DNA of 64,000 nucleotides from Oscillospiraceae bacterium (GTDB lineage Bacteria; Bacillota; Clostridia; Oscillospirales; Ruminococcaceae): NCBI GenBank assembly GCA_014799385.1, contig JAAVIC010000006.1, positions 52,037 to 116,036 of the forward strand, read 5' to 3'. Shown piece by piece: positions 1 to 9,731 of this stretch (position 1 is its first letter; each line of letters starts with the position of its first letter). The notes under the pieces were generated by a model. It saw only the letters and a program-made list of their open reading frames with translations, ran no database searches and was not told where the DNA came from. The position numbers and the translations under genes were made by a program.

Positions 1-160
1 GATTTTAATAGCAAATTCAAAATCACGCAAACGAGCTGACGCTTGCTTGCGTTTTGAATTTGCACGAATTACCAATAGCTTGTCCTAAATCAGACGCGCT
101 ATGATTTCACTCCAATATGTTGTTGCAAGTTATAACGCGCTGAACTTACGCTCTAAACAT
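1..160 (-). repeat. Modular leader repeat, copy 1 (hairpin plus ~42-bp units); its gene lies left of the window
   Basis: GCAAATTCAAAA...TTTTGAATTTGC inverted repeat with internal hairpin; ends GAATTTGCTATTAAAAT on the minus strand like the other copies. Confidence 0.7.
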
Positions 161-195
161 TGGATTATGGTTATAATTCAATCAACTGTCGGCGA

Positions 196-591
196 TTATG
201 CTTTGAGCGCATTTCTCGGCAATCCCTCAAACAGCGCGTCCAATTCCTCGTAAGTCAATCCGCGGATAAGCGCCCAGCCGTCCTTTTGCGCGAGGAAATA
301 CTTTTCGAGCCGATTCATCGCCTCGTGATATTCTATAATCCCGATGACACTCCAATCCTTTGTTATGCTGACTATGGAGATTATCCACTTGTCTATGTTC
401 TGACCCTCTATCTGCCACTGCTCCTCGGGAACAACCGGGAAAAGCGAATCGGTATCCTCGGTGAGTGCAAAACTCACGATTATGGAATCGTCCTCATCCA
501 TCGTATGTACATGCGGATTAGCTTGATAAGCCTCCTGCCAGCGAGTGTTCAATTCCTCAAAGGGAATTTCCTTTTCGTTTGAATTACCCAT
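196..591 (-). CDS. Small acidic protein, DUF4299 C-terminal-like; paralog of 16650-17033
   Basis: 131-aa ORF; AYQANP...FALTEDTDSLFP...W.ISIVS pattern; long near-identical nucleotide stretch shared with 16663-16750. Confidence 0.7.
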   Translation of the reverse strand: MGNSNEKEIPFEELNTRWQEAYQANPHVHTMDEDDSIIVSFALTEDTDSLFPVVPEEQWQIEGQNIDKWIISIVSITKDWSVIGIIEYHEAMNRLEKYFLAQKDGWALIRGLTYEELDALFEGLPRNALKA

Positions 592-635
592 TATATCATA
601 TCTCCTATTTAATTTATCTTTGCTTGCTTCGGTAA

Positions 636-1316
636 TCAGTGGTTATGCCAATCGGAAAATGTGAAATTCTCGTCCAGCTCGTCATACGCGCCACAAGCTA
701 ACTCGCCGTCCCAACCATCGCCGAACTGGAACGAAAAATATCTGCCCTTGAAATTCAGATATTCGGGCTTAATCTTCTTGATGAACAAATCCAGATTGAA
801 CATCGGATACATCTCGCGGATCTTCGCTTCGACGTCGGGTTTTTCCACCGACCCGTCATTGGGCGAATCGTCAAAATAATCATACAAGTCGGAAATCTGC
901 TCATCGCCGTAAACCAAATCGTCCAGCTCCTCCTCATCGTGGGATTTCAGGAACTTCTTATCCGTCAGCCCGTCCAGCTCCCAGAACGGATAGCCGCAGC
1001 CTTCCATATCCATAAAGAGGTTGAACAGAATGTTGTCGTTTATCTGCTTTTCGTTCTCGGCGGCGCGCTTTTCAAGCTGATTGAGGTACTCCTCAAGCCC
1101 CTTGGCGATCTCCTCTGGCTCGTCCGACTTTATGAACGGCAGCAGCGGACCGACCCATTCTTCGTCGCGCTCCTGTATGTTCTCAAGTATATCCTCGTCA
1201 ATTGTAATTGCTTCATCGTCAAAGCTCTTGTTCTCGTAGGTGCCCGCGATTCCGAGCTTGAACGTGCCCTTAGCCTTGTACTTCTCTTCTTCCTTGTCAT
1301 AAATAACAGTCAACAT
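636..1316 (-). CDS. Very acidic hypothetical protein (226 aa, immunity-protein-like)
   Basis: Start moved to ATG 1316 (AGAAAGGA RBS) because a TTGACA-N17-TACAAT promoter overlaps the ORF-track start at 1388. Confidence 0.7.
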   Translation of the reverse strand: MLTVIYDKEEEKYKAKGTFKLGIAGTYENKSFDDEAITIDEDILENIQERDEEWVGPLLPFIKSDEPEEIAKGLEEYLNQLEKRAAENEKQINDNILFNLFMDMEGCGYPFWELDGLTDKKFLKSHDEEELDDLVYGDEQISDLYDYFDDSPNDGSVEKPDVEAKIREMYPMFNLDLFIKKIKPEYLNFKGRYFSFQFGDGWDGELACGAYDELDENFTFSDWHNH

Positions 1317-1378
1317 ATTGATTGTCCTTTCTGTGCAAATTTCTTGTTGCGTCGTATAAATGAAATACTGCTGTTCAT

Positions 1379-1407
1379 ATTGTAGCATATAATTTGACGT
1401 TTGTCAA
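1379..1407 (-). promoter_or_regulatory. Sigma-A promoter for 636-1316
   Basis: TTGACA-N17-TACAAT on minus strand. Confidence 0.65.
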
Positions 1408-1454
1408 GTGCTTTTTCACAAAAATAAAATATTCCGAAATATTGTTTTTTCCCC

Positions 1455-1483
1455 TTGACAATCCAAGCCAAAAACTGTATAAT
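1455..1483 (+). promoter_or_regulatory. Sigma-A promoter for the pullulanase gene
   Basis: Perfect TTGACA-N17-TATAAT. Confidence 0.8.
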
Positions 1484-1496
1484 AATTATAAGTAGC

Positions 1497-1700
1497 TTGG
1501 GATAACCCCAAAGCAGCCCCTTAGGGGGAACACGCAAATCCTAACCGTGTGCGGTTTCGGATTTGCCATTCAAAACTTGCAAATCTGAAATGCGAGCGTT
1601 GCCGAACACCGAAGGTGTGAGGTAAAGCTCAGCAAGATCAGATGAAATCCGCTCTGCGGATTTCATCTGATCGGTTTCTGATTTGCCATTCAAAATAGGA
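1497..1700 (+). repeat. Modular leader repeat, copy 2 (two hairpin modules) fused to the pulA RBS
   Basis: GCAAATCC...GGATTTGCCATTCAAAA occurs twice; the second runs into ATAGGAGG-N3-ATG. Confidence 0.75.
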
Positions 1701-1705
1701 GGTTT

Positions 1706-4504
1706 ATGATGAAGAAAAAGTTTATGGCGGTCTTTACCGCGGTGATGATGATTTTCACGCTGATTCCGGCGGGAATGTCATTCGCGGAGGCTGCGGGGGC
1801 TGTATTGAAGCTCCATTACAACCGTCCCGACGGCAACTATGATGACTGGGACGTTTGGGCATGGAACACCGGCGCAACTGACGGCGCATTCGAGTTCGTT
1901 GAGGAGAACGGCGAAATGGTTGCGACTATCCCCATCGGCGGTTCGGCAACCGAAATCGGCTATATCATTCGCCAGGGCGGCGATTCTTGGGTAGGGAAGG
2001 ACTTTGACGGAGATCAGTTCTTTGACGTTGCCGAGATGGTTTCAGGTACGGTTCACGCGTATGTTGAATCCGGCGTTGAGGGCGCGCGCAAGGAATACGG
2101 CGAGGACGCCGTAAAGGGCGTTCGTATGGTAAGCGCGATGTATGACGGCGACAAGACCATCACCGCTCTGTTCACCGCGAAGATCGAGGACGACATCAAT
2201 ACATACTTCTCGCTTTCGGGTAAAAACGGCGCGATCACTATTGAAAAGGTTGAGGCTGTTTCCGATTTGGAATACCACCTCACAATCGCCGAGAAGCTCG
2301 ACCTTACCGAGGCTTACACTATCACCGCAAACGGCAATGAGTCCAAGCTGACTATGCCTAACGTATTCTCCACTAAGGAGTTTGAGGATCAGTACACCTA
2401 CACCGGCAACGATCTTGGAGCTACCTATACCAAGGAAAAGACCATATTCCGCGTATGGGCGCCGACCGCGAAAGCTGTTAAGGTGTACCTTTACAAAGGC
2501 GGAAGAGACGGTGCTGCTGATATGGAAGGCACTGTTGAGTTGAAATCCGATGTAAACGGCACATGGGTAGGCGAAAAAGAGGGCGACCTCGCGGGTAAAT
2601 ACTACAAGTACAGTGTTGATTTCGCGGATTCGTCCGTAACCACCTGTGACCCCTACGCTCGCTCGGCAGGTCTGAACGGCAAGCGCAGTATGATCATCGA
2701 CCTTGATTCCACCGATCCCGAGGGTTGGGCAGACGATAAAAATCCGAATGAAGATCTTAAGCCCAACGATGCGATTATTTACGAGCTGCATATCCGCGAT
2801 CTTTCAACTCACGAAAGCTCCGGAATCGAAAACAAGGGCAAGTTCCTCGGACTTACCGAAACAGGCACAAAAACTCCGTCCGGCATTTCCACAGGTATCG
2901 ATCACATCAAGGAGTTGGGCGTAACGCATCTGCATATCTTGCCGATGTACGATTTCGGTTCTGTGGACGAATCCGATTCAAGCGGCTTTAACTGGGGCTA
3001 TGATCCGGTAAATTACAATGTTCCCGAGGGTTCGTATTCCACCGACCCGACCGATGGTGCGGTTCGCGTCAAGGAAGCAAAGCAGATGGTTAAGGCACTG
3101 CACGACAACGGAATCAGCGTGGTTATGGACGTTGTGTACAACCATGTTCAAAATGCGGGCGAGTTCTGCTTCAATCAGATCGTTCCGATGTATTTCAGCC
3201 GCGTTTCCGATACGGGCGTGTTCTCTAACGGTTCGGGCTGCGGAAACGATACCGCTACCGAGCGTTCGATGGTTAAAAAATACATCGTAGATTCCGTAAA
3301 CTACTGGGCTGACGAGTACCACATCGACGGTTTCCGTTTCGACCTTGTGGGACTTATGGATACCGAGCTTATCAACGAAATCGTTGAAACTGTTCACAAG
3401 AATCACCCGAGCGTAATTTTCTACGGCGAGGGCTGGTCTATGGCTACGAACGTTACAAAGAGCGGCTATGACCTCGCGGTTCAGGGCAATTCCGACAAAA
3501 CCCCCGGCTTCGCGTACTTCAACGATACTATCCGCGATGGCTTGAGAGGTAACGTATTTGATACCGAAGATGCCGGCTTTGTTGCGGGTAATACAAGCTA
3601 TACCAATGACATCAGACAAACCTTTATGGGTTACGATATTCCGTACTATCTTGGCACTTGGTGTTCAAATCCCGCGCAGAACGTAAACTACGCGTCCTGC
3701 CACGACAACAACACCCTTATCGACCGAATCACGATCTCCACTCCCGACGCAACGCGCGAGGAGCAGGTGAAGATGAACAACCTTGCGGCAGCGATTTACC
3801 TTACCTCACAGGGAATCCCGTTTATGCAGGCGGGCGAGGAAATGCTCCGCACAAAGGTTAAGGAAGACGGCTCGTTTGAGCACAACAGCTACAATTCGGG
3901 TGATGCGATCAATCAGCTCCGTTGGGATAATCTCGACAACGAGGAATACAGCGCCGTTTTCGAGTACTACAAGGGACTTATCGCGTTCCGTAAGGCACAC
4001 CCCGCGCTCAGACTTTCCACAGCAGAAGATGTCAGCGCAAACATAACCGCAGTAGACGGTATCCCGGATAGTGCCGCTGCGTTCAAGATAAACGGCGGCG
4101 TAAACGGCGAGAAATCCGATGCAATTTATGTGATTTTCAATGCCGGCAAGGAGGACGCTGAGTTCTCTATCCCCGAGGGCAAATGGAACGTTTGCGTTGA
4201 GGGCAACAAGGCGGGAACAAAGTCGCTCCGCACCGTTGACGGCGGCAAGGTTACCGTTGAGGGCGTCTCCGCGATGGTATTGGTTCAGGGTGAAGTTCCC
4301 GATGCTCCCGCAAGCAGCGGAAACAACACTTCCACACCCAAGAAAGACAATACTTTCATGATCATCATGATTATTGTTATCGCGGTGATAGTTGTTGCGG
4401 CGGTTGTAATTCTGATTGTTTCGCGCAAGATGAAAACCGTTGCGGAGAATATCGAGAACAGCGAAACCGTTGATTCCGAGGACAAGGAAGATAAAGACGA
4501 GTAA
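1706..4504 (+). CDS. pulA: Type I pullulanase (GH13) with N-terminal CBM41-like module, signal peptide and C-terminal transmembrane anchor
   Basis: YNWGYDP-like FNWGYDP, MDVVYNH, GFRFDLVG, YGEGW and HDNNT motifs; LHYNRPDGNYDDWDVWAW N-terminal module; hydrophobic C-terminal helix followed by RKMK. Confidence 0.92.
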   Translation: MMKKKFMAVFTAVMMIFTLIPAGMSFAEAAGAVLKLHYNRPDGNYDDWDVWAWNTGATDGAFEFVEENGEMVATIPIGGSATEIGYIIRQGGDSWVGKDFDGDQFFDVAEMVSGTVHAYVESGVEGARKEYGEDAVKGVRMVSAMYDGDKTITALFTAKIEDDINTYFSLSGKNGAITIEKVEAVSDLEYHLTIAEKLDLTEAYTITANGNESKLTMPNVFSTKEFEDQYTYTGNDLGATYTKEKTIFRVWAPTAKAVKVYLYKGGRDGAADMEGTVELKSDVNGTWVGEKEGDLAGKYYKYSVDFADSSVTTCDPYARSAGLNGKRSMIIDLDSTDPEGWADDKNPNEDLKPNDAIIYELHIRDLSTHESSGIENKGKFLGLTETGTKTPSGISTGIDHIKELGVTHLHILPMYDFGSVDESDSSGFNWGYDPVNYNVPEGSYSTDPTDGAVRVKEAKQMVKALHDNGISVVMDVVYNHVQNAGEFCFNQIVPMYFSRVSDTGVFSNGSGCGNDTATERSMVKKYIVDSVNYWADEYHIDGFRFDLVGLMDTELINEIVETVHKNHPSVIFYGEGWSMATNVTKSGYDLAVQGNSDKTPGFAYFNDTIRDGLRGNVFDTEDAGFVAGNTSYTNDIRQTFMGYDIPYYLGTWCSNPAQNVNYASCHDNNTLIDRITISTPDATREEQVKMNNLAAAIYLTSQGIPFMQAGEEMLRTKVKEDGSFEHNSYNSGDAINQLRWDNLDNEEYSAVFEYYKGLIAFRKAHPALRLSTAEDVSANITAVDGIPDSAAAFKINGGVNGEKSDAIYVIFNAGKEDAEFSIPEGKWNVCVEGNKAGTKSLRTVDGGKVTVEGVSAMVLVQGEVPDAPASSGNNTSTPKKDNTFMIIMIIVIAVIVVAAVVILIVSRKMKTVAENIENSETVDSEDKEDKDE

Positions 4505-4521
4505 TAATCTCTACTAATGGC

Positions 4522-4559
4522 AAAAAAATCCCCCGGGGCAGAAACCCCGGGGGATTTTT
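4522..4559. terminator. Bidirectional rho-independent terminator after pulA
   Basis: AAAAAAATCCCCCGGGG-CAGAAA-CCCCGGGGGATTTTT. Confidence 0.85.
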
Positions 4560-4835
4560 AGCTTGTAGAAAAAGTTATTTTATGTGGTCTGAAGTTTAAT
4601 TTAGTTTTTTGTGTACCTCTGAAAATCTGCGCAAAATTTTCTGCGAAAAAGTTATTGCAAAAGTAGAGCGTGATAAGGGCGCGACCACAAAAATCTGCCT
4701 TTTAGTGGAAAAACGTAACAACAATCTCCCCGCGAAGAGTCTGTCTTTTTCATTGTAGCCACTGAAAAACGGGAAGAGGGAGAGGGGAGATGGGAAAGAG
4801 GGCGCGGGGGTTCAGGGTAGCTCCCCGAATGGTTG
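4560..4835. mobile_element. Non-coding IS/MITE-like remnant flanked by a duplicated terminator
   Basis: Starts AGCTTGTAGAAAAAG, resembling the TTGTAGAAAAAG end of the MITEs at 12343 and 35579; terminator sequence recurs at 4837-4866. Confidence 0.45.
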
Positions 4836-4864
4836 TCCTCCGGGCAGAAACCCCGGGGGATTTT

Positions 4865-5431
4865 TTATGCCAGAATGTGCTCCAAAAAAGTTTTTACACC
4901 GATTATTATCAATACCGCGCCGCCGATAATCTCTGCTTTTGTGCCGAGTTTCAGACCTAGTTTTTGCCCGCCGAGCGCGCCGATAAGCGAAAGGGAGAAC
5001 GTCACCGCGCCGATGAACATTGCTGCGGGGGCGATTTCCACATTGATTGCGGCGAAGCTGATTCCTACCATCAGCGCGTCAATTGCCGTGGCGGCTGACT
5101 GCGCGAGCAATCCCGGGAATGACAGCTCCCGAAATTCCGTTTTCGGAGGTTCTTTGCTTATCAGCTCCCGAATGCTCTCGATTACCATTTTGCCGCCGAT
5201 GATTCCCAGAACGCACAACGCGACAACGTGGTCTATGGCACTTATGTACCGCGCCAGTCCGTGCCCCGCAAAATACCCTATAATTGGCATTGCCGCCTGA
5301 AACAGCCCAAACATAAACGCGATAACAACCGCGTTTCGCCGCCGTTTCAGATTCATACCGTCCGCCAGAGCTACCGCGAATGCGTCCGCGGAAAGCCCCA
5401 CTGCCACAAAAAACAACTCAATAAAGGACAT
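4865..5431 (-). CDS. mntP: Manganese efflux pump MntP family
   Basis: GLSADAFAVAL, FGLFQAAMP and ATAIDALMVG motifs; about 6 transmembrane helices. Confidence 0.85.
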   Translation of the reverse strand: MSFIELFFVAVGLSADAFAVALADGMNLKRRRNAVVIAFMFGLFQAAMPIIGYFAGHGLARYISAIDHVVALCVLGIIGGKMVIESIRELISKEPPKTEFRELSFPGLLAQSAATAIDALMVGISFAAINVEIAPAAMFIGAVTFSLSLIGALGGQKLGLKLGTKAEIIGGAVLIIIGVKTFLEHILA

Positions 5432-5547
5432 AAAATCACCTCGTTTAGTTTGATGTTTTTACGTCCTGTTATAGACGCTTCTCCCGATGAGCAGGGGAGA
5501 GGTGCCTATTTATTTGGGAATGTTTTTGCGTCCCTTTGCGTATCGGA

Positions 5548-6084
5548 TTACGGATGTTCCCTCGCGTATTTCATAAGCTCCGGAGTTTTCGACCAATACT
5601 TTATGCCCCAGTTTTCAAAATTCCACTTCTCCGAATATTCATTGCACTCAAAATCGATATAGAAAAGCTCCTCGTTTTGAACCACGAAATTTGTGGGAAA
5701 GTAATCTATATTCGTATCAGCTGCGTACAGCAGCTTACACATATCGCGTAACTGTTCGAGATAAGCGGATTTCATCTCACCGCGCAGAATTATCTCGTAG
5801 ATGGTATATCCCTCGATAAATTGTTTGAGAATGCGTTCGTTTTCACGGTCAACGTCAATCATTTCGGGGATTCTTATGCCGATTTCGCGGAGTTTGTTAT
5901 AATCGCGAATTTCGGATTCGATTTTGTTCCCGAACTCGTAATAATCGCAAGGCTCGTGGTGAATCTGTTTCAGAACATATTTCTCCGCGCCGTCTGTTGA
6001 TAAATATGAATATCCGCCCTTACCCTTGCCCAATAGCTTGATTATCGTGAAATCCTTGCCATTAACGGAAATTTTGTCGTCCAT
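5548..6084 (-). CDS. Small protein-kinase-like fold protein
   Basis: LLGKGKGG glycine loop, VLKQ lysine, DYFPTNF catalytic-loop-like segment, YIDFE. Confidence 0.7.
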   Translation of the reverse strand: MDDKISVNGKDFTIIKLLGKGKGGYSYLSTDGAEKYVLKQIHHEPCDYYEFGNKIESEIRDYNKLREIGIRIPEMIDVDRENERILKQFIEGYTIYEIILRGEMKSAYLEQLRDMCKLLYAADTNIDYFPTNFVVQNEELFYIDFECNEYSEKWNFENWGIKYWSKTPELMKYAREHP

Positions 6085-6100
6085 AAATCCTCCCCGCAGG

Positions 6101-6544
6101 CTATTTTGTCAAGTTTTCGGACATCACTATCATTTGACCGGAGGTTGTAAAACCGCGCTTCTGATAGTAACCCTCCGTGCTTTCGCCGTGCTGCGTTATC
6201 AGATAGATATTGACAACGCCTATGGCGTTCAGTTCGTCTTTCAGTGCGGCAAGCAGTCTTGTTCCGCAGCCGCTTCGCTGATTTTCGGTTCTTACGCAAA
6301 ATTCCTGTATCTGAAAATGTACACCGTCATAAGAATGCTCTTTCTGACCGAGGATTATTCCGATAAGCTGTCCGTTCTCGTAGGCTGCCTTTCCAACGCA
6401 GTTTCCCGTGTTCAGCAGCTCCCCGATACGCATACGCGCCGTGAGATTAGTCCAACCGTCATTCCACGGCGGAGCATTAAACACCGAAACGAACAACTCC
6501 GCATATTCTTTGATGTCCGCCATTTCCATATCCGCAAATGTCAT
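6101..6544 (-). CDS. GNAT family N-acetyltransferase
   Basis: EFCVRTENQRSGCGTRLL acetyl-CoA motif A; YYQKRGF. Confidence 0.85.
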   Translation of the reverse strand: MTFADMEMADIKEYAELFVSVFNAPPWNDGWTNLTARMRIGELLNTGNCVGKAAYENGQLIGIILGQKEHSYDGVHFQIQEFCVRTENQRSGCGTRLLAALKDELNAIGVVNIYLITQHGESTEGYYQKRGFTTSGQMIVMSENLTK

Positions 6545-6545
6545 A

Positions 6546-7361
6546 TTATTCCTCCGCCGAAAGCTCTTTTTTCATTATTTCATACATCTCATCGACCTTG
6601 TTCCAGTCTGTCGCGGAATTGTTCTCGTCAAGCAGCGCGACCGCTTGACTGAATCCCTCTTTGCGTTTTTGATGTTCCTTGGCAAGGAGCGTTTTGTCGA
6701 GCTTTACCTTTCCCCAATCCATTCGGAGCGCAGTTTCAACCTGTTTGTCCATTGCCGCGAAAAACTCCTCAAAAAAGCGTTTCACTTCGGCGACGAAATC
6801 CGCATATGGAATCTCGAAAAAACCGCTCGGAGCAGTCCAGATGTTCTCGCTGTTTTCAAGCGTATAATTGCTTTTCCACCTAATTTTTATCATATCCCCG
6901 CAGCGGAAAAAACCGATAAGCGGTCCGCCCGTCAGATGTCCGCTGTCAAAAACGCGGTCGGAAAACCATTCGGTAAGCGGCTCCCATTTTTCCTCAAGAA
7001 ACGCGTAGAACGCATCGTCATCTATGCTGTCATCGTCCAGATATATGGATTGCCAGTTGTCCGTTTTGGTGACAAACTCATCGAGATAGTCGTAATACCT
7101 GTGCGGAACGCTCTCGCGGATAAACTTGAATGTTCCCGAAAAATCCTCCAGAAACCGCGAGAGATAATAGTCATTGTGGCGGATATCGTGTTCCCATTCT
7201 TTACACGCGGCATCGGTGTATTCGTAAATCGTCCGTTCGCCGACCGTTATCCAAAGCTCAGAATCCGTCAGTCCGAACCACGAGAGGTAGTCGCCCTTTT
7301 CGCCCCACGGAGCAATCTCAGCGGGCGGTCTGAGTGTAAAATTGATACGAAAAACGTTCAT
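6546..7361 (-). CDS. Acidic hypothetical protein, DUF5984-like
   Basis: 271 aa; IAPWG...LSWFGLTDSELWI...YYLSRFLEDF pattern; AGGAG RBS. Confidence 0.6.
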   Translation of the reverse strand: MNVFRINFTLRPPAEIAPWGEKGDYLSWFGLTDSELWITVGERTIYEYTDAACKEWEHDIRHNDYYLSRFLEDFSGTFKFIRESVPHRYYDYLDEFVTKTDNWQSIYLDDDSIDDDAFYAFLEEKWEPLTEWFSDRVFDSGHLTGGPLIGFFRCGDMIKIRWKSNYTLENSENIWTAPSGFFEIPYADFVAEVKRFFEEFFAAMDKQVETALRMDWGKVKLDKTLLAKEHQKRKEGFSQAVALLDENNSATDWNKVDEMYEIMKKELSAEE

Positions 7362-7390
7362 TTTATATTCTCCTCATATAATTGGTAATA

Positions 7391-7849
7391 TCAAACTTCA
7401 AACAAAGGCTTTTCCTCATTCCAATAAGCTGTAATATTTTGAAAATAAAATTTCAGCGAACACCATAACGCCTTATCTTCATTACCGTCATATCCGGTGA
7501 TAGTCAGGTATTGTTTTTCCCATTCAAAATCAAATCCCTGTACCTCAACGCAAGTGCTTTCCAGAAATTCATCGAACGTTAAATACAGATGTAAATTCCG
7601 ATTTGCGGCAATTTCCTCGCACTCTTTCCATCGTTCACGGGGGATAATATCTGCATTAGCCTGCTCGTCAATAAGGGAAAAGTGTTCGAGTATTAAAAGA
7701 CAGTCGCATTTATAGGGGTTTTTATCACCGTAGAGAAAAGAATCTGTTTTCAAATGCAGATTTCCGTCTTTGACATATGCTTTTTCAATAGTTGAGCAGT
7801 CACATGAAAGAATATCCGCTTGTTCTGCGAAAAAAATATATCCCTCCAA
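7391..7849 (-). CDS. Hypothetical protein
   Basis: 152-aa ORF, TTG start with G-rich RBS, co-oriented with neighbours. Confidence 0.6.
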   Translation of the reverse strand: MEGYIFFAEQADILSCDCSTIEKAYVKDGNLHLKTDSFLYGDKNPYKCDCLLILEHFSLIDEQANADIIPRERWKECEEIAANRNLHLYLTFDEFLESTCVEVQGFDFEWEKQYLTITGYDGNEDKALWCSLKFYFQNITAYWNEEKPLFEV

Positions 7850-7854
7850 TTTAC

Positions 7855-7960
7855 CCCCCCTATTTTAATAGCAAATTCAAAACCTCGCAGACGCTTCGCG
7901 TCTGCGTTCGCTAAGCGACCCGCAACACCACAAAGTGGTGTTGCGCGCCGATTTGTTGCC
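7855..7960 (-). repeat. Modular leader repeat, copy 3 (hairpins only), between tgt and the accessory cluster
   Basis: Two nested hairpins ending GAATTTGCTATTAAAATAGGGGG on the minus strand. Confidence 0.7.
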
Positions 7961-9184
<1,224 letters not shown>

Positions 9185-9251
9185 TCACGATTCCCGTTTT
9201 TTGTCAATCCCCGACAATCTGTTCAGTCGGTAGGATTTTTTCAAAATGGGG

Positions 9252-9280
9252 TTGACAAATCAAACTTAATGTGATATAAT
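9252..9280 (+). promoter_or_regulatory. Sigma-A promoter of the antitoxin sRNA, divergent from the tgt promoter
   Basis: Perfect TTGACA-N17-TATAAT with no ORF downstream before the terminator. Confidence 0.8.
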
Positions 9281-9286
9281 ATATCT

Positions 9287-9352
9287 GTCGAAGAAATTCG
9301 GTCTCGAGCATATAAATGACCCCCGTGCGAGTGGTGTCTCGCGCGGGGGTTG
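9287..9352 (+). ncRNA. Putative type I antitoxin sRNA
   Basis: Consensus promoter; 16-nt TCTCGAGCATATAAAT (9302-9317) complementary to the toxin start region; ends at GC-rich hairpin 9318-9351. Confidence 0.7.
9318..9351. terminator. Shared terminator hairpin of the convergent toxin and antitoxin transcripts
   Basis: ACCCCCG(T/C)GCGAG stem pairing with CTCGCGCGGGGGT. Confidence 0.75.
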
Positions 9353-9359
9353 GGTATTG

Positions 9360-9485
9360 CTAGTGCTTTTTGCCGGCTGAGCCACTGCCAAGCCACTTAC
9401 CGATGTTCTCGCTTATGTAGTTAGCAATCACACCGGTTCCGACAGCGTTCAGAAGGGTAATAATCCCTTTGACTATCTCGAGCAT
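9360..9485 (-). CDS. Type I toxin-like peptide, 41 aa (MLEIVKGIITLLNAVGTGVIANYISENIGKWLGSGSAGKKH); not in the ORF track
   Basis: AGGAGGTG RBS, ATG, hydrophobic N-terminal helix, KWL motif and basic tail; convergent sRNA. Confidence 0.78.
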   Translation of the reverse strand: MLEIVKGIITLLNAVGTGVIANYISENIGKWLGSGSAGKKH

Positions 9486-9543
9486 ATAAATTCACCTCCT
9501 TTGCAATTAGCACGGGAGATGCCGGCAAGTACATTATACCATA

Positions 9544-9611
9544 TTTTTAGTTCCCAATATAGCGTTCGTTTTAGTTGAACATTTTCGCTGTAAGGTTATA
9601 ATGTTGTCTTT
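9544..9611 (-). promoter_or_regulatory. Conserved ~68-nt structured leader (element A), upstream of the toxin gene
   Basis: AAAGACAAC...CCTTACAGCGAAA...AACTAAAA...TATTGGGAACTAAAAA directly after TTGAAA-N17-TATAAT (9612-9640). Confidence 0.6.
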
Positions 9612-9670
9612 ATTATACAATGATTCTGCAAAATTTTCAAGTAATTTTACGGAATTTTTCCAAAAACCCC

Positions 9671-9699
9671 TTTACAAATCGAAAAAAATGTGTTATAAT
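9671..9699 (+). promoter_or_regulatory. rpsO promoter
   Basis: TTTACA-N17-TATAAT. Confidence 0.7.
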
Positions 9700-9731
9700 A
9701 TTATTGTTGTGCAATTCCGCACAAAACAATT

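Noticed and set aside
5432-5547. yybP-ykoY manganese riboswitch expected upstream of mntP
   Set aside because: A hairpin and two GGACG(C/T)AAAAAC motifs are present, but I could not find the yybP-ykoY consensus; needs cmscan.
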